DNA of 64,000 nt from Vitrella brassicaformis CCMP3155 (lineage: Eukaryota; Protista; Chromerida). A program made the translations under genes and the position numbers. The notes beneath the pieces were generated by a model. The model did no database searches. It was given only the letters and a program-made list of their open reading frames with translations, and was not told where the DNA came from. The DNA is taken from contig CDMY01000477.1 in NCBI GenBank assembly GCA_001179505.1, positions 62,001-126,000 of the forward strand, read 5' to 3'. How positions within the stretch are numbered: the stretch's first letter is position 1; each line of letters starts with the position of its first letter. This document shows positions 52,944 through 64,000 of this stretch, piece after piece.

Positions 52944-53625
52944 GTAAGTGCGTAGTCTGTGCTCTTCTGCTGGCTCCCCGCTTGCTCCCTTTTTGTCTAA
53001 AAAGGCAAGGGAGACACCTCAAGTGGCTTCTGTAAAAAGAGAATGCTACAGTACAGTGGCGGACGGAGTTGGCTCTCGTTTTGTTCTGCAGCCAGTTGTT
53101 TCGTGTCTCCTGTTCTGACGCTCATGTCTCGACGAGGATGCGTGGATTCCTAGTGGGGAATATCCTGTCTGCGCGTGTGTGTGAGGGGGAAAAATGGGAG
53201 AGCATGTGTACGCGTTGTTTTCATGCGCGTCCAGTACAACGGTCAGTCACGGACTGTAGGGCGACTTTTGTTTCTTGCACTCGCTGTCTGTGTACGCATG
53301 TGACCGTGACGCAGCTTTGGATTCATTCGTCCGTCATCGAGATTAACAAAGACATGAATCACCAGTCAGTCCAAAGTCCATCTTCAAGAGCCTTCCTTTC
53401 TTGGCACTCGTGAGGCTGAATGGACTGGATAAACACATGAGCACATGCACACATCTCATCTTCACACGCATAGCATACGGGCATCAAAAACGAGATGCGG
53501 ACGTATGGACACTGACAGGGAAAAAGCCACCATCGGCAGACACGCTACGCTACAGACCTCCCTCCTCTGCTCTGTCTCTCTACCGGCAACATATAAAGTT
53601 GCACAGCCCGCCCTCCCCCACTCAC

Positions 53626-55880
53626 TCATGCGACTGCTAGAATGGGTGGGAGATGGTCCGCCAAGTGCCTGGCCACATCATCCTCCCCCAGGGCCCCCAG
53701 GCCAAGCCACCGTGCAGCCCAGGGGCGACATGCTGGCACGAGCATGTGCACGAACGTCCTCGCCGGGAAGGGGTAGAGGGACAGGGTGTGAGTCCACCCC
53801 AGCCGCAGCAGCGACGCCATCATGGCGTGCTCGCGAGTGCCCTCCGCATATTGACTCGCTCCGTGGGCGCCAGCTGGGGGCGGCAGCGGCGGGTCTGTGA
53901 GGGACATAATGCTCTGGGATTGGCTCGAGGACATGGCTGCATCGTTGGTGGTGCTGCTGTTGTCTGGCTGCTGGTTGTCGTCTTGATCTGTCCCTTTGTT
54001 GGTCGGCGAGGGATCCAGCGACGGGGAGGGGGGTGAAGGGGGACTGGCACCACACACAATACAGATTCATAAAAGCACACATCGTGGGTGTGTCTGTCTG
54101 TCTCGTGGCCTCCCTCCCTCCCTCCCTCCCTCCCTCACCCGGATGGCAGCCTGGTGCTGTCTGTGGGGTGCAGAGAGGCGTTGGACATCAAGCCGAGGGG
54201 CATGGGTGAGGGGCGGGTTCTGTATGTCCCTATCACATGAGGGTACTTGTCGTCCACCGGGGCAGGTGCGGCGCCCCACCAGTCATGACTGACGGGCGAT
54301 GACGGCAGCAGCATCTGGGAGCATGCAGGCACCAGGGGGTCGTGCTTGGCCGTGGCGTAGGCGAGCCGGTGCCTGAAGGCCTTGAGTGCGAACCAATAGG
54401 CGCTTCCCTCCTGGCTCATCTGAACTATCAGCTGCTCCTCATCGCGCAGCAGCAGCTGTAGGAAACTACGGCCGTAGGCAAACACCGCCAAGTGCAGCTG
54501 GTCGAGCAGCGACGTCTCCTCTCCTTGGTCGTCGCTGTGGGCCAGCTCGCCCTTCGGCTGTGCACCATAGGCCATGAAGGGGCGTGCGAGTGCTTCTGGA
54601 GGATTGGTGCGGCGAAAGAAGCCAAACATGTCGATGCCATACAGCAGCCGAGCGCCGTACCGCACAGGCAGGAATATATACTCGCTGACACACACCACAC
54701 ACCATACATAAACAGACAGACAGACAAACCGATGTACGTACGTACGTACGTACGTGCTGCGTGTGCCTGCCTGCCTGCCTTTCTGTCCGTTTCCATACCT
54801 ACCTGCATCCGACATGTGGGGTCACAGTGGTGATGAAGTAGAGGGGTTCCAGGCAGGCAATGGTCTCGCTCTGGGGGTCGTAAAGCAGTGCCAACGCATA
54901 CCGCAGATACAAACCACCCAAACTGTTGCCTGCCGCACACACACACAACAAACAGCCAGCCAATCAGGTCAGTGCACTCATAAGTAAGTGCACAGACGTC
55001 CGGTTGTTGTCCCTTTGCTTACCGAGGACAGAGATGTATTTGAGGGATGGGTGCTGCTGGATGACTTGGCGGATCTCCTGCGCCGCGCGCTCGCCACCTC
55101 TGTCGACTCCATCGGCCGTGCTGAAGTGGCTGTGGAATGCACCCCTGAGACGATAAACACCCATTCAGCCACGTTAATGGGTGGTGGGGACGGTACAGAG
55201 GTGGGTGTGGTGTACATCTATCGGAGTTGCTCACCAGTTGGCGTGGAGCTTGTGGATGAGGACATTGTGTGGGCCTGGCGGGGGCGGGGGAGTGCGGTCG
55301 ATGCCATCCCCACCGTCACCAGAGGCAGAACTTCTCGTGTCATCGGACAGCGACCCATCCTGCCTGGCCTCCTGCTGCAGCCGAGCGAAGTGTGCCAGAA
55401 ACAGATCGCTCAACCCTGCACACAGACACATAGACAGACAGACAGACAGACGTAGCGAACGGAAAGGCATCCGTCGCGCCATCGGTTTTTATTCTTCGTC
55501 CCTCCTTCCCTCCCGTGTTCGCTGTGCTTACTGTCCATGGTGTGCGGCAAGCCATGCATGCCGTGTTGAAGGACTATCAGATGCTCCACTTCTGTGGTCT
55601 TACAGTTCCTCAACGCCTGACTGTACTCGTCGCGCTTGCCCGAGAAGCCGCCAATAGCCCACAGTATCGCACCGATGACCCACAGCACCGCGCTGATAAT
55701 CCTGGAAGAGGCATACTTGAGCCACGACCGCTGCTGCCCTTCCGTCCCACCAGGCTCGTCGGTGTCGTGACCATGCCGGCGTCGACGTCGGCGGACTCCT
55801 TTGCATGACGTGGCTTCACGCTCGCCGGACCGCTGCCCATCGATTGAGGGAGGAGATACCTCCTCTTCATGCTCTGACAT
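53626..55880 (-). CDS. DUF676 alpha/beta-hydrolase (putative lipase/serine esterase)
   Basis: HLIVLQHGMHG, DGVDRGGERAAQEI, ISVLGNSLGGLYLRYA, FITTVTPHVG, LKAFRHRLAYATAKHDPLVP, late HMLV and RHLADHL. Confidence 0.9.
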
Positions 55881-55896
55881 CCTTCAATTGCTTCCG

Positions 55897-55903
55897 AGCT
55901 CGC
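55897..55903. promoter_or_regulatory. AGCTCGC motif in the DUF676/TM-LRR promoter
   Basis: 17 bp from the DUF676 ATG. Confidence 0.55.
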
Positions 55904-56250
55904 ACCAGCCCCCCATCGCCCCCTGTCTTTTTTCCCAAAAAAGTGCTGGAAGGCGAGGAATCAGTTCAACTTGAAGGGGCTTGGTCCACCAAGCCGCCTG
56001 AGGCCCAACCAGATAAGACAGACGACATCGGACAGACAGCAGCAGATGTCACTGCGCCTGCTGCTGCCCTCCGCCTCACCCCTTCCCGCCAGGCACTCCG
56101 CCGCATCACCGATGAATTTAAGTCCTTCTTTAAAACCGTCCTGACTGCGGACTCAGAAGAAGATGTGGTTCGCGCTACAGCAAAGCCAAGCACCTGCAAG
56201 GCTTAGCGTGTATTCTCCTTGTTTGTTTGCCGGCGTTTGTGTGGCATGCT

Positions 56251-56574
56251 ATGCAGCCCTTCAACAAGGTTGTGACGGTGTTGAACCTTGTTCTATGGAT
56301 GCTGCTAGTCGCGATTGCCCTTGTGAGTGCCATCCTGCTGTATGCGGAGCAGCTCGAGATTGTCACGCCTCCCTTGATGGACTCGAGGGGTGAATGGCTG
56401 TACAAGAGCGTGTTAGAGTACCTGTCTGCCATCACCCATGTGAGCGACGTCACTGTCGAATGGCACCCCACACCACAGAGCATGTACGTACGGACCAGCG
56501 GAGGGGGAGACACACACCAATCAGCACACACAACCTGCCTGCAGTCGTGTGTCTCGATCGGCCTCTCTGCATGT

Positions 56575-56605
<31 letters not shown>

Positions 56606-59142
56606 CGCACATGAGTGCAGTGGATTTGGGTGTTGCTGGGGGCTCATCGGTTTCATGAGTCTGGTGACATTGATGTTCCACACGGTCTTCTTCCGGAGGA
56701 CATTGATGTTCTGGAATCTGCAGCGATACAGAGAGTACCAAAGGCGGATGAGCAAGTGAGACAGTGAAACAGCCAGTCGTGGACGCCCGAAGGGGAAGGA
56801 ATGAATGCGCATGTGTGTGTCGCATTCACCCCCAGGAGCCGCACATCGAGTCACTTCGTCAAGCCAACCCTCCGGCCGGCGGCGAGCGGGGATGTCGCCT
56901 GTGAGAAAAGAGACAGCGTGGCATCGTCGCTCAAAGCACTGACCATATCCCACAATCTGGACCGCTTCCGGAGATTCAGTGCCCGGTTCTACGTATCAAG
57001 CCAGAAGAACATTGGCTTCACTGGGCACATGTTTTGGACCCACTTTGTCCTTGTGGAGTGCATTGCCATTGGTCTACAATACATCAAATGCCTCAAAATG
57101 GCCGGTCTGCTGGCTCATCAGCTGAGTAGAGCCAGCTCCCTGTACTCAGCCTGTGTGTCCCGTGCGTCCCTGGCCGCAGGTGTAGAAGTCTTGTCGTACC
57201 ACCAGATACCGGCCTACAAGCAGTGGACCTTTGGCACCTTATGCATTCTGATTGTGCTTCACTCGACCTCACTCGTGGTCAGTCGGGCAGACAGATAGGC
57301 ACCACTGCCCAAGCACACCGACACACAACACACGTCTGCCTGCCTGCCTGTCTGTCTGTCTCGTGACATCCATCCATCCGTCCACCCAACGTAGGTCTTG
57401 TGTCAATGGAACCGCCGTGGCTTTGCCGCCGTGAGCACAACTGTCTCCTCCTTATTCTATGTGGGACATGCTTTGCTGGTCCACGAGGGCGCGCCGAAAG
57501 GCTTCAACATCAACAGTCTTGTCGGGCTGAAAGCACACAATGTGGTACACTTTCTGGGGAAAGCCGTGCCATTGGTCATGGCGCTGCTGGGGCTGATGCA
57601 AGTGGATGCCCTTCTTCTGATCAAGGTAGGTAATATCCACCTTGATCAATCATTCTATGCCACTCGTCAATCAAAGGCCCCAAATCAATGATCAAGGCGT
57701 GTTACAACTGGCGGAGGGAGTGCTTGGACAGCATGGGGAGACAACAGGCCGCGCATCGGCCGCATGGGGAGCTTGCAGAAGACCAGTACAGCATTTACAC
57801 CCCCTCATTAGGTCACCAGGGTCAGTTGACTGACGCCCACGGGCAGCCAGACGGCAAATCGGCTAATGACAGACAGGACACACTCATTTATGTCTCAATC
57901 TGTGTCGTGTGTACAGTCATGGAGTCGAATCACTACAGTCGGCGTGCTTCGTGGGCGGCCAGTCGGGAGGGCACGATGGACTCCGTGATGTGGAGGGCCA
58001 AAGTGAACGCATTCTTGCGGAGACACTCGACTGAGGCAATATCCACCCTGCGCACACTGCCGCCCGACATCAAATTGGCGACTGCGCCAGACGCCCTCCA
58101 CGAGAACGAGGTGACTTGTGCTGGGGAGCCGCCTTTCGCAGATCATGAGGCCGAGACTGCAGAAGGGACGGCACCGGTGAGGTCACGGTCCGAAGATCCC
58201 GGTCGTGAGGGGCCCCTTCGCCTGTCCACCTTCGATCAGCCAGTGGGGCGGGGCCGCGGGAGGCCATCGAGGAGGAAAGCTGACTCGAACGAGTGGGGCT
58301 TCATGAGCCCGAAGGTGAGTGGGAGGAGGGTCAGTGGATGTCGACTGGCGCTGTGTGTGTTTGGTCCATATGGCTGTCTATCCTGTTGTGTGTGTCGTCC
58401 ATTCAGAGCGTGCGTGCGCCATTACAGGGCATTTTCGAGCTGGACGAGTGGGTGTCGTCATACAACGCGGACCATAATCCCCCGCAGCACGAGCAGCGAG
58501 GCCACATCGACATGCACAAGCTCGGCTGGCATGTGGGGGATTTCGAGTCTCCCCTTGACCAGTCGGTGGCCGCCACGCCGCCCCAGCGGCCTATCGTCGA
58601 CTCACACGTGGCCAGCCATGACCTCTCGCCGTCGACCAGGTTGCAGCGCGCACTTAGCGGAGTCGAGACATTCTCCAGTCCGCGACACGAGGACAGGAGC
58701 AGCGTCACGCACAGCATCTTGAGCGGTCCCGTATCGGATGAGCCCGCCCCCCAGTCGGTGGCCAGGACCGAGGCGCACCCCCCTCACACCATTTCGGTCT
58801 CGGCAGCGGGGTATACAATCCAATACCCAGCCGACTCCGACGCACACTCTCCGGCCGCAAGCACAGGACAAAATGCCCACACAGCCGCCGCCACGCATGC
58901 GCAACAGCCCATCTCGGCGCCTGTGGCTGCCAGACATGCAGACGAGGACATACCTGCAACACTCTCAGCGGACCAACTGGCCATGGAGGTGCGGTTCAAG
59001 CTCTCGGCAAGTGAAACCATCGAGGGCGAGGAGCAATGGCTGCAGCCGCCACGGACCCCGTCTATCACCCTGTATTTGTCAAGGGTATCAAAGGCCCTGT
59101 CAATATCATTCATCATCCGTTGCCAACACGATAGGCGAGCCA

Positions 59143-59175
<33 letters not shown>

Positions 59176-60902
59176 TCAGGCTGTATCCGAGTCGGTGGCT
59201 CAGTTGCAGCACTCCATCCACCGTCGGGATTGGGAAACGATCGACGTGAGGGTGGCATTCTGGCTATCCTTTGCCGTCACAGTCATAGCCTACCTATTTG
59301 GAGGCTTCCTGCTCGCACAGTGCATTTGGGCATCCAGAGAATGCGAGCATGTCCCTGGCTGGAAAGGTGAGTGAGTGAGTGGGTGGGCAAAATGCTGGTG
59401 CATGCGACAGACACATCAGGACAATCAGTCACATCGATCGCATCTGTTGGTGCTGCAGCATGCACATATACCACCTGGCCGCCCTTCAAAGGCACCATGG
59501 AAGGTCAATGCTGCCACACCAACGAGGGCACACGCATCAATGAAGGAATACGATGTACCAAGGGTACATGCGTGCATGCGGGTCGCCTTGGTACACGACC
59601 ATGTGACTGTCGAGTTGCCTACATTGACCAAAGTGGGCACACATCGCAAGACCTGTATGGATGTGTGTGTGTGTGTGTGTGAACAAGGGATGAGCTGAGC
59701 TGCCTGTATTGTTTGGTCGTCAGTGGGGGACGCTCACGTCATGACGGAAGCCCTGCAGCACTTCAGCACCCTAGAGGTAGGGTGCTCTGTCCATCGCTCG
59801 AAAGGCGCCTGTCAGCCGTGCGAGATGGCCACATGCATCACCCCCTGCCACTCATTCCCCCTGTCGGGTCTGTCCCCGTTTCCCTCCCTACATACATTAT
59901 TCATTGATCGTAGGCTATTGGTGTTGTGTTTGACTCCTCTGGGCCCTACCACTTGAACATGACCACCATCAATGAGCGGGACCTGGGCAGGCAGATGCAC
60001 CTACGCACCATCGTATGGACCAGGACGGCACTCAAGAAATACCCAGCTGAGGCACTCAAGGAGATATCCACGGAAGGCCACAAACGGCATGAGAAACATC
60101 ACGGGCACGGTGTCTCGCACACCTACTTCTCTGGTGAGGTGATTATCGATCAGTCAGTCGGCCAATCAGCTCGTAATTACTCTTATCCATGGATGCCATA
60201 CAGGCAATATGATCAACGATGTGCCCAGGGCCATCTGTGATCTCGAGGGCCTGAGGTCGCTGGATGTGCGATGCAACCAGCTGGCCACTCTGCCGTCATG
60301 CCTGGCCACGCGGCCAAAGAAGCTGCAGCATGTCTTCATGACTGTCAACCCTATATGCGATGTCGATCAGGCCGGCAGCAGCTTCTTCGACAGCAGCGAT
60401 GCCTGGCGGGCCTTCAATGCCAAACATGACCCTTGCCTGAGGCAACTAATGGCTGGACACGCTGATGATGTCATCGACCCGCTCTTTCTCGCATCCTCTC
60501 AAGTGGACCACCGTTGCCTGGAGCCGCAGTGCTCAAAACTATGGAATTCGTTTCAATCACTCGATGTGTCTCGCGACGGCTGTGCCCAAATCGAAGAGCT
60601 GCAGTCCTTCTTCCCGGGCCGTAAGCTAGCTGACCCGCACAACCATGCACAGTGTCTCTTCCTTCCTTCCACATGTACGTGTACGTTTTCGTTGTGTGGC
60701 TGTGCTGTGCTGTGCTGTACCAATGCATGTAGTGTCTGCGGGGACACTGGACCGGATGATCGAGAGACTGCTGCCCCTTCTGGCGGACCCGCCTGACCCA
60801 CAGCAGCAACAAACCGGCGCGGCATGTGCTACGTTCATCGTCTTCGTATTGTCGGTTTCTCGAGTCAGCTTCGACTGTGGATTGTGCTCATTCGAGAGAT
60901 AG
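56251..60902 (+). CDS. Multi-pass membrane protein (~7 TM) with C-terminal Cys-flanked LRRs and an EF-hand-like loop; true N-terminus may lie upstream
   Basis: Hydrophobic segments (VVTVLNLVLWMLLVAIALVSAILLYA through VAFWLSFAVTVIAYLFGGFLLAQCIW); LRR GNMINDVPRAICDLEGLRSLDVRCNQLATLPSCL; DVSRDGCAQIEE; splice chain hand-joined. Confidence 0.6.
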
Positions 60903-60995
60903 ATAGACAGACAGAATGAATATGTGACAAGGATGGATGACGAGAGGGCGCTAGAAGGTGCAAATGTGGCTGTCGGCGATGATACAGACGGTAGA

Positions 60996-62409
60996 TCATG
61001 CATTTTTCTGGCCGGCTGGCTTCGTCGATGCGGCGCCGTAGCGACTTGGGTCTTTTAACACTTGCATTGGGACTTGAAGTGTTGTTGCATTTTCCTTGGT
61101 CTTTATTGTCATCTTGGTGTCGCTTGCTCCCTCGCTCTCCCTCCCTTTCTCCCTCCCAGCATGATGCACATCAGACAAATCCACCCGGGCATCTCTCTCT
61201 GACAGTAGTTGGAAAGGAAGCTAGATCGATAAACCAGCCAGCCTTCACTCGAGACATTGTGTTTCAAAAAAAAAAGGAGGAGGCAGCCATCTGATTGTGC
61301 TTCCTTTTGTCACTGCGTCTTGGGCTGCTCCTGTTCGTCGTGCCACTCTTTGCGCCAAGGCAGGGCAAGCAGCCCTCCCTCTTCCCCTTGGTCGGCCCCT
61401 TGGTCGGTCCCTTTGTCGGCACCTTGGTCGGTCCCTTGGTCGGTCTGCTCTGCAGCGTCTGTCGAGACATCACCTGATATAGTACGGTGGGCAAGGACGA
61501 GAGAAGAGACATCAGTGTGTCTCTGTGGTATGTATGTATGTATGCATGTGTGCGGACCTGGCTGCCTCTCTTCAAATCGGCTCTTGCCCGTGACATGCTG
61601 GAAGACCCAATCAGTCATCTTTTGGGCCTCCTCTGCAGACATGAGTAGGTCCGTTTGAGAACCTCAGATATCCATCATGCATGCAGGCGGGCTAGCTACA
61701 TGCGAGAGACTCATTTGGAGGAAGAGCTACCTTCTGAGAAGACCCACTTCGAGTCCCCGGGGTAGATCAGCTTCTTGCGGTTGAATCCTCTGCATCTGAA
61801 GAAGTCGCCCGTCTTGGTGGTGATTGTCACCGTGAAGGCACCGAAGCTGTAGCCGTACTTGAAAAAGTTCTTCTCGCGGCCGGTGAATTTCTGTATATAG
61901 ATCGTAACGCACGGGAAGATGTGGACACAACGCGAGACACGCACACGCATCTCGTGTGTAAGTGCGGGGAACATGTGTGCGTGTCGTCTTACGATGCCCT
62001 CCGCGGCCGTGCAGAACGGGATGTTGTCAACCGAGGTGGTGACACCGGCGCCGCTGCAGAGTTGATCCTCAGCGTCCTTTGCCCCTTTGCAGTCACCTCG
62101 TCCGTGCCCCTTTGCAGGCAGCCGTATCTCGTTGATTACGCACACCTGGCCCTTCAAACATTTGAACGCGCCGGCCTCGTGTCCGTAGGCGTAATCCTCT
62201 GCGACCACCTCCGTCTTGGGCCCCTTCGGAGAAGGGATGACCCCTAGACGCCCCCTCGATTTGTCTCCTCCGAGTTGGACTTTCAGGGTGTAGAAGGCAA
62301 AGTCGATTGAACACTCCGGAAGCCGGCCCGTGGCGTGGCCTGCGACGGGCGTGACGCTCGTGACAAAGATCAGGCATAAGGCGACAACAAGGGCCCTCGA
62401 AAATGCCAT
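60996..62409 (-). CDS. Secreted protein of unknown function: Cys-containing globular domain plus repetitive charged tail
   Basis: MAFSRALVVALCLIFVTSVTPVAGHA; in-frame splices WVFSE|GSQTDLLMSAEEAQKMTDW, QP|GDVSTD, KT|QERCPVDLSD to the stop at 60996. Confidence 0.6.
61386..61445 (-). repeat. 12-bp x5 coding minisatellite (TDQG/ADKG)
   Basis: CCTTGGTCGGYC units on the + strand. Confidence 0.9.
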
Positions 62410-62494
62410 CTCCGCAGGAAAGGTGCTGGCCCGCTGCTGGGGGCTTCGATCGTTCGACCCGTCTCGCGTGGCGTCTCAGAAGAATTCGCACATT

Positions 62495-62555
62495 GCCACT
62501 GGACGCCGCCAGTGTGGCGTCTCACGCCACTGGACGCCGCCAGTGTGGCGTCTCA
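62495..62555. repeat. 31-bp tandem repeat x2 with an internal inverted repeat
   Basis: GCCACTGGACGCCGCCAGTGTGGCGTCTCA(C) twice, upstream of the 62409 ATG. Confidence 0.9.
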
Positions 62556-62978
62556 GACTACGCTGATGTGGCGTTTCTATAAGATCTGCATGTCTTATAA
62601 ATCTTCAATGATTAAAGTTCAATCACGGGAGACAAAGGAGACTCTCGTTTGACACCGTCCTCCTTTTGTGTAAAATCTATCGTCTGATTCCACGACTGTG
62701 TTTCTCCCTCTCCGGCAGCAGCGGTGTGTGTCCAACGCTAGTCATGTCTGCTTGGATGGCCCTTGATACCTGAATGAACCATGAAGGCACAACGAAGTAA
62801 CCGTAAGACGATGAAAGGCATGATACGCACCCATCTGGTAGCTCCCTCAGATTGCCATGAGGTTGCCGTGCCGACAGCATAGACTGCAGATGTCGCGAGA
62901 GCCAGCAGGCTGCGATGCACGCACGGGACATACATGGGATCACATTATGTATTGTATGAATGTGAATGAAAATGTGAA

Positions 62979-64000
62979 TCACGTTGCAACCGAGAGCGGG
63001 TTGTATCCCGTATGGTCGCACCTTTTGAATTCTCGCTGCCCCTCCCCGATGGTCGGGGGAAACTCCTCACCTCGCCCCACGGACTCAACCATCTGTGTGA
63101 GCGAAGCGCGTGGACAGACAGACATATGGATTGTCACTCTCACACAGTGATTGTCTAGATTGTCTACCTCATGCCACAGATGGTGTGCGGCTTGGATCTT
63201 CATGTCTTCAATGTGGGCCACGCGGCGATTGATTTCATGCTGCACCGCCTGCACACAGAAGGGAGAGAAGGGCCTTGGCTCAGCAATCGACCCGACTGCG
63301 TGGAAAGCAGCGCAGCGCAGTGCATACCGATATCTTCTCGATGTTGTGCCAGCCAATCACACTCTGCCCGTCAAATCGGTCGCTTTGTCTCTCCCGTGCC
63401 CTGCCTCCGTCTGATGAGCTGCGAGACTCCTGCCTAGACCGACTGCCAGTCTGGCTCCCCTCTCTCATCCGGGGTGCCCTGTGTCTCGGCGACCCATTCT
63501 GTGGACTGCGGCCCCTCCGCTCTTTCATGCTCGTGTACAGCAGCCTGATGCCCTCTTCTCTGTCATATCGCTTCTTCGGCTCTGGGGCGAACGTCGGGGC
63601 TGTCTGGATTCGTGGAGCATCGAGCGGCTCTTGTGAGGGAAAGTGACTGAGTGTGGGAGGCGCAGAGCCGGCTCCTACAGAGAGAGACATGTCTTTGACC
63701 ATCGACACGTCCTGGGCGTCGCCTGATGCCGTGTGTGGGGGAAGGAGGGCTTGCATGGGCGGCAGAAGGGTCCGTTGTGCGGTGACGAGCCGCGCGTCGC
63801 TCTGCTGAGATGATCTTCTCCTAGTGCTGCTGTCTTGCTCAGCTGCGCTGACTTTCATCCCTGTCCCCTCAGCAGCCTCAGGGTCCGGGAGCTCATGCAA
63901 GGGAGGGAGGTCTATGCCCGGGGGATGAGGATGTCGATCCACACAGTGTGCGAGGCCCTCGATGTCTTGCCAGGGGTTGGGCAGGCCAGTGGCAGCGGCA
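62979..64000 (-). CDS. 3' end of an unknown gene (disordered S/R-rich region, short coiled coil)
   Basis: Exons ...FDGQS|AVQHEINRRVAHIEDMKIQAAHHLWHEVDNLDNH|VESVGRGEEFPP...VAT*; GT-AG introns; continues past the window. Confidence 0.6.

Noticed and set aside
62495-62555. CRISPR-like array
   Set aside because: Two adjacent units with no spacers, eukaryotic context, no cas genes.
1-64000. Intact transposon, tRNA or rRNA genes
   Set aside because: No transposase, RT or integrase motifs, terminal repeats, cloverleaf or rRNA signatures were recognised by eye; tRNAscan/Infernal not run.

Overview
Intron-rich, GC-rich eukaryotic DNA. Donors GTGAGT/GTCAGT/GTCGGT, microsatellite-filled introns, a plastid YGGT protein with a bipartite leader and a basal-body CCDC61 suggest a chromerid alveolate such as Vitrella (inference). 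About 20 spliced genes were reconstructed by hand: NSUN2 (5' part), 2OG-Fe(II) oxygenase, EMC7, BK-type K+ channel, an ~11 kb F-BAR + Munc13/DUF810 fusion, ArfGAP, EMC5, YGGT, beta'-COP, a Crinkler-type NTPase+REase, a divergent kinase, KDSR, a type I membrane protein, CCDC61, cyclophilin, a secreted phage-tailspike-like protein with a peptidase-S74-like chaperone, a DUF676 lipase, a multi-TM/LRR/EF-hand protein, a secreted protein and a partial gene. Main observation: 16 genes form eight head-to-head pairs, and all eight short intergenic intervals contain the motif AGCTCGC, twice as an inverted pair. No rRNA, tRNA, CRISPR array or intact transposon was seen. Internal exon boundaries are hand-called and partly uncertain.
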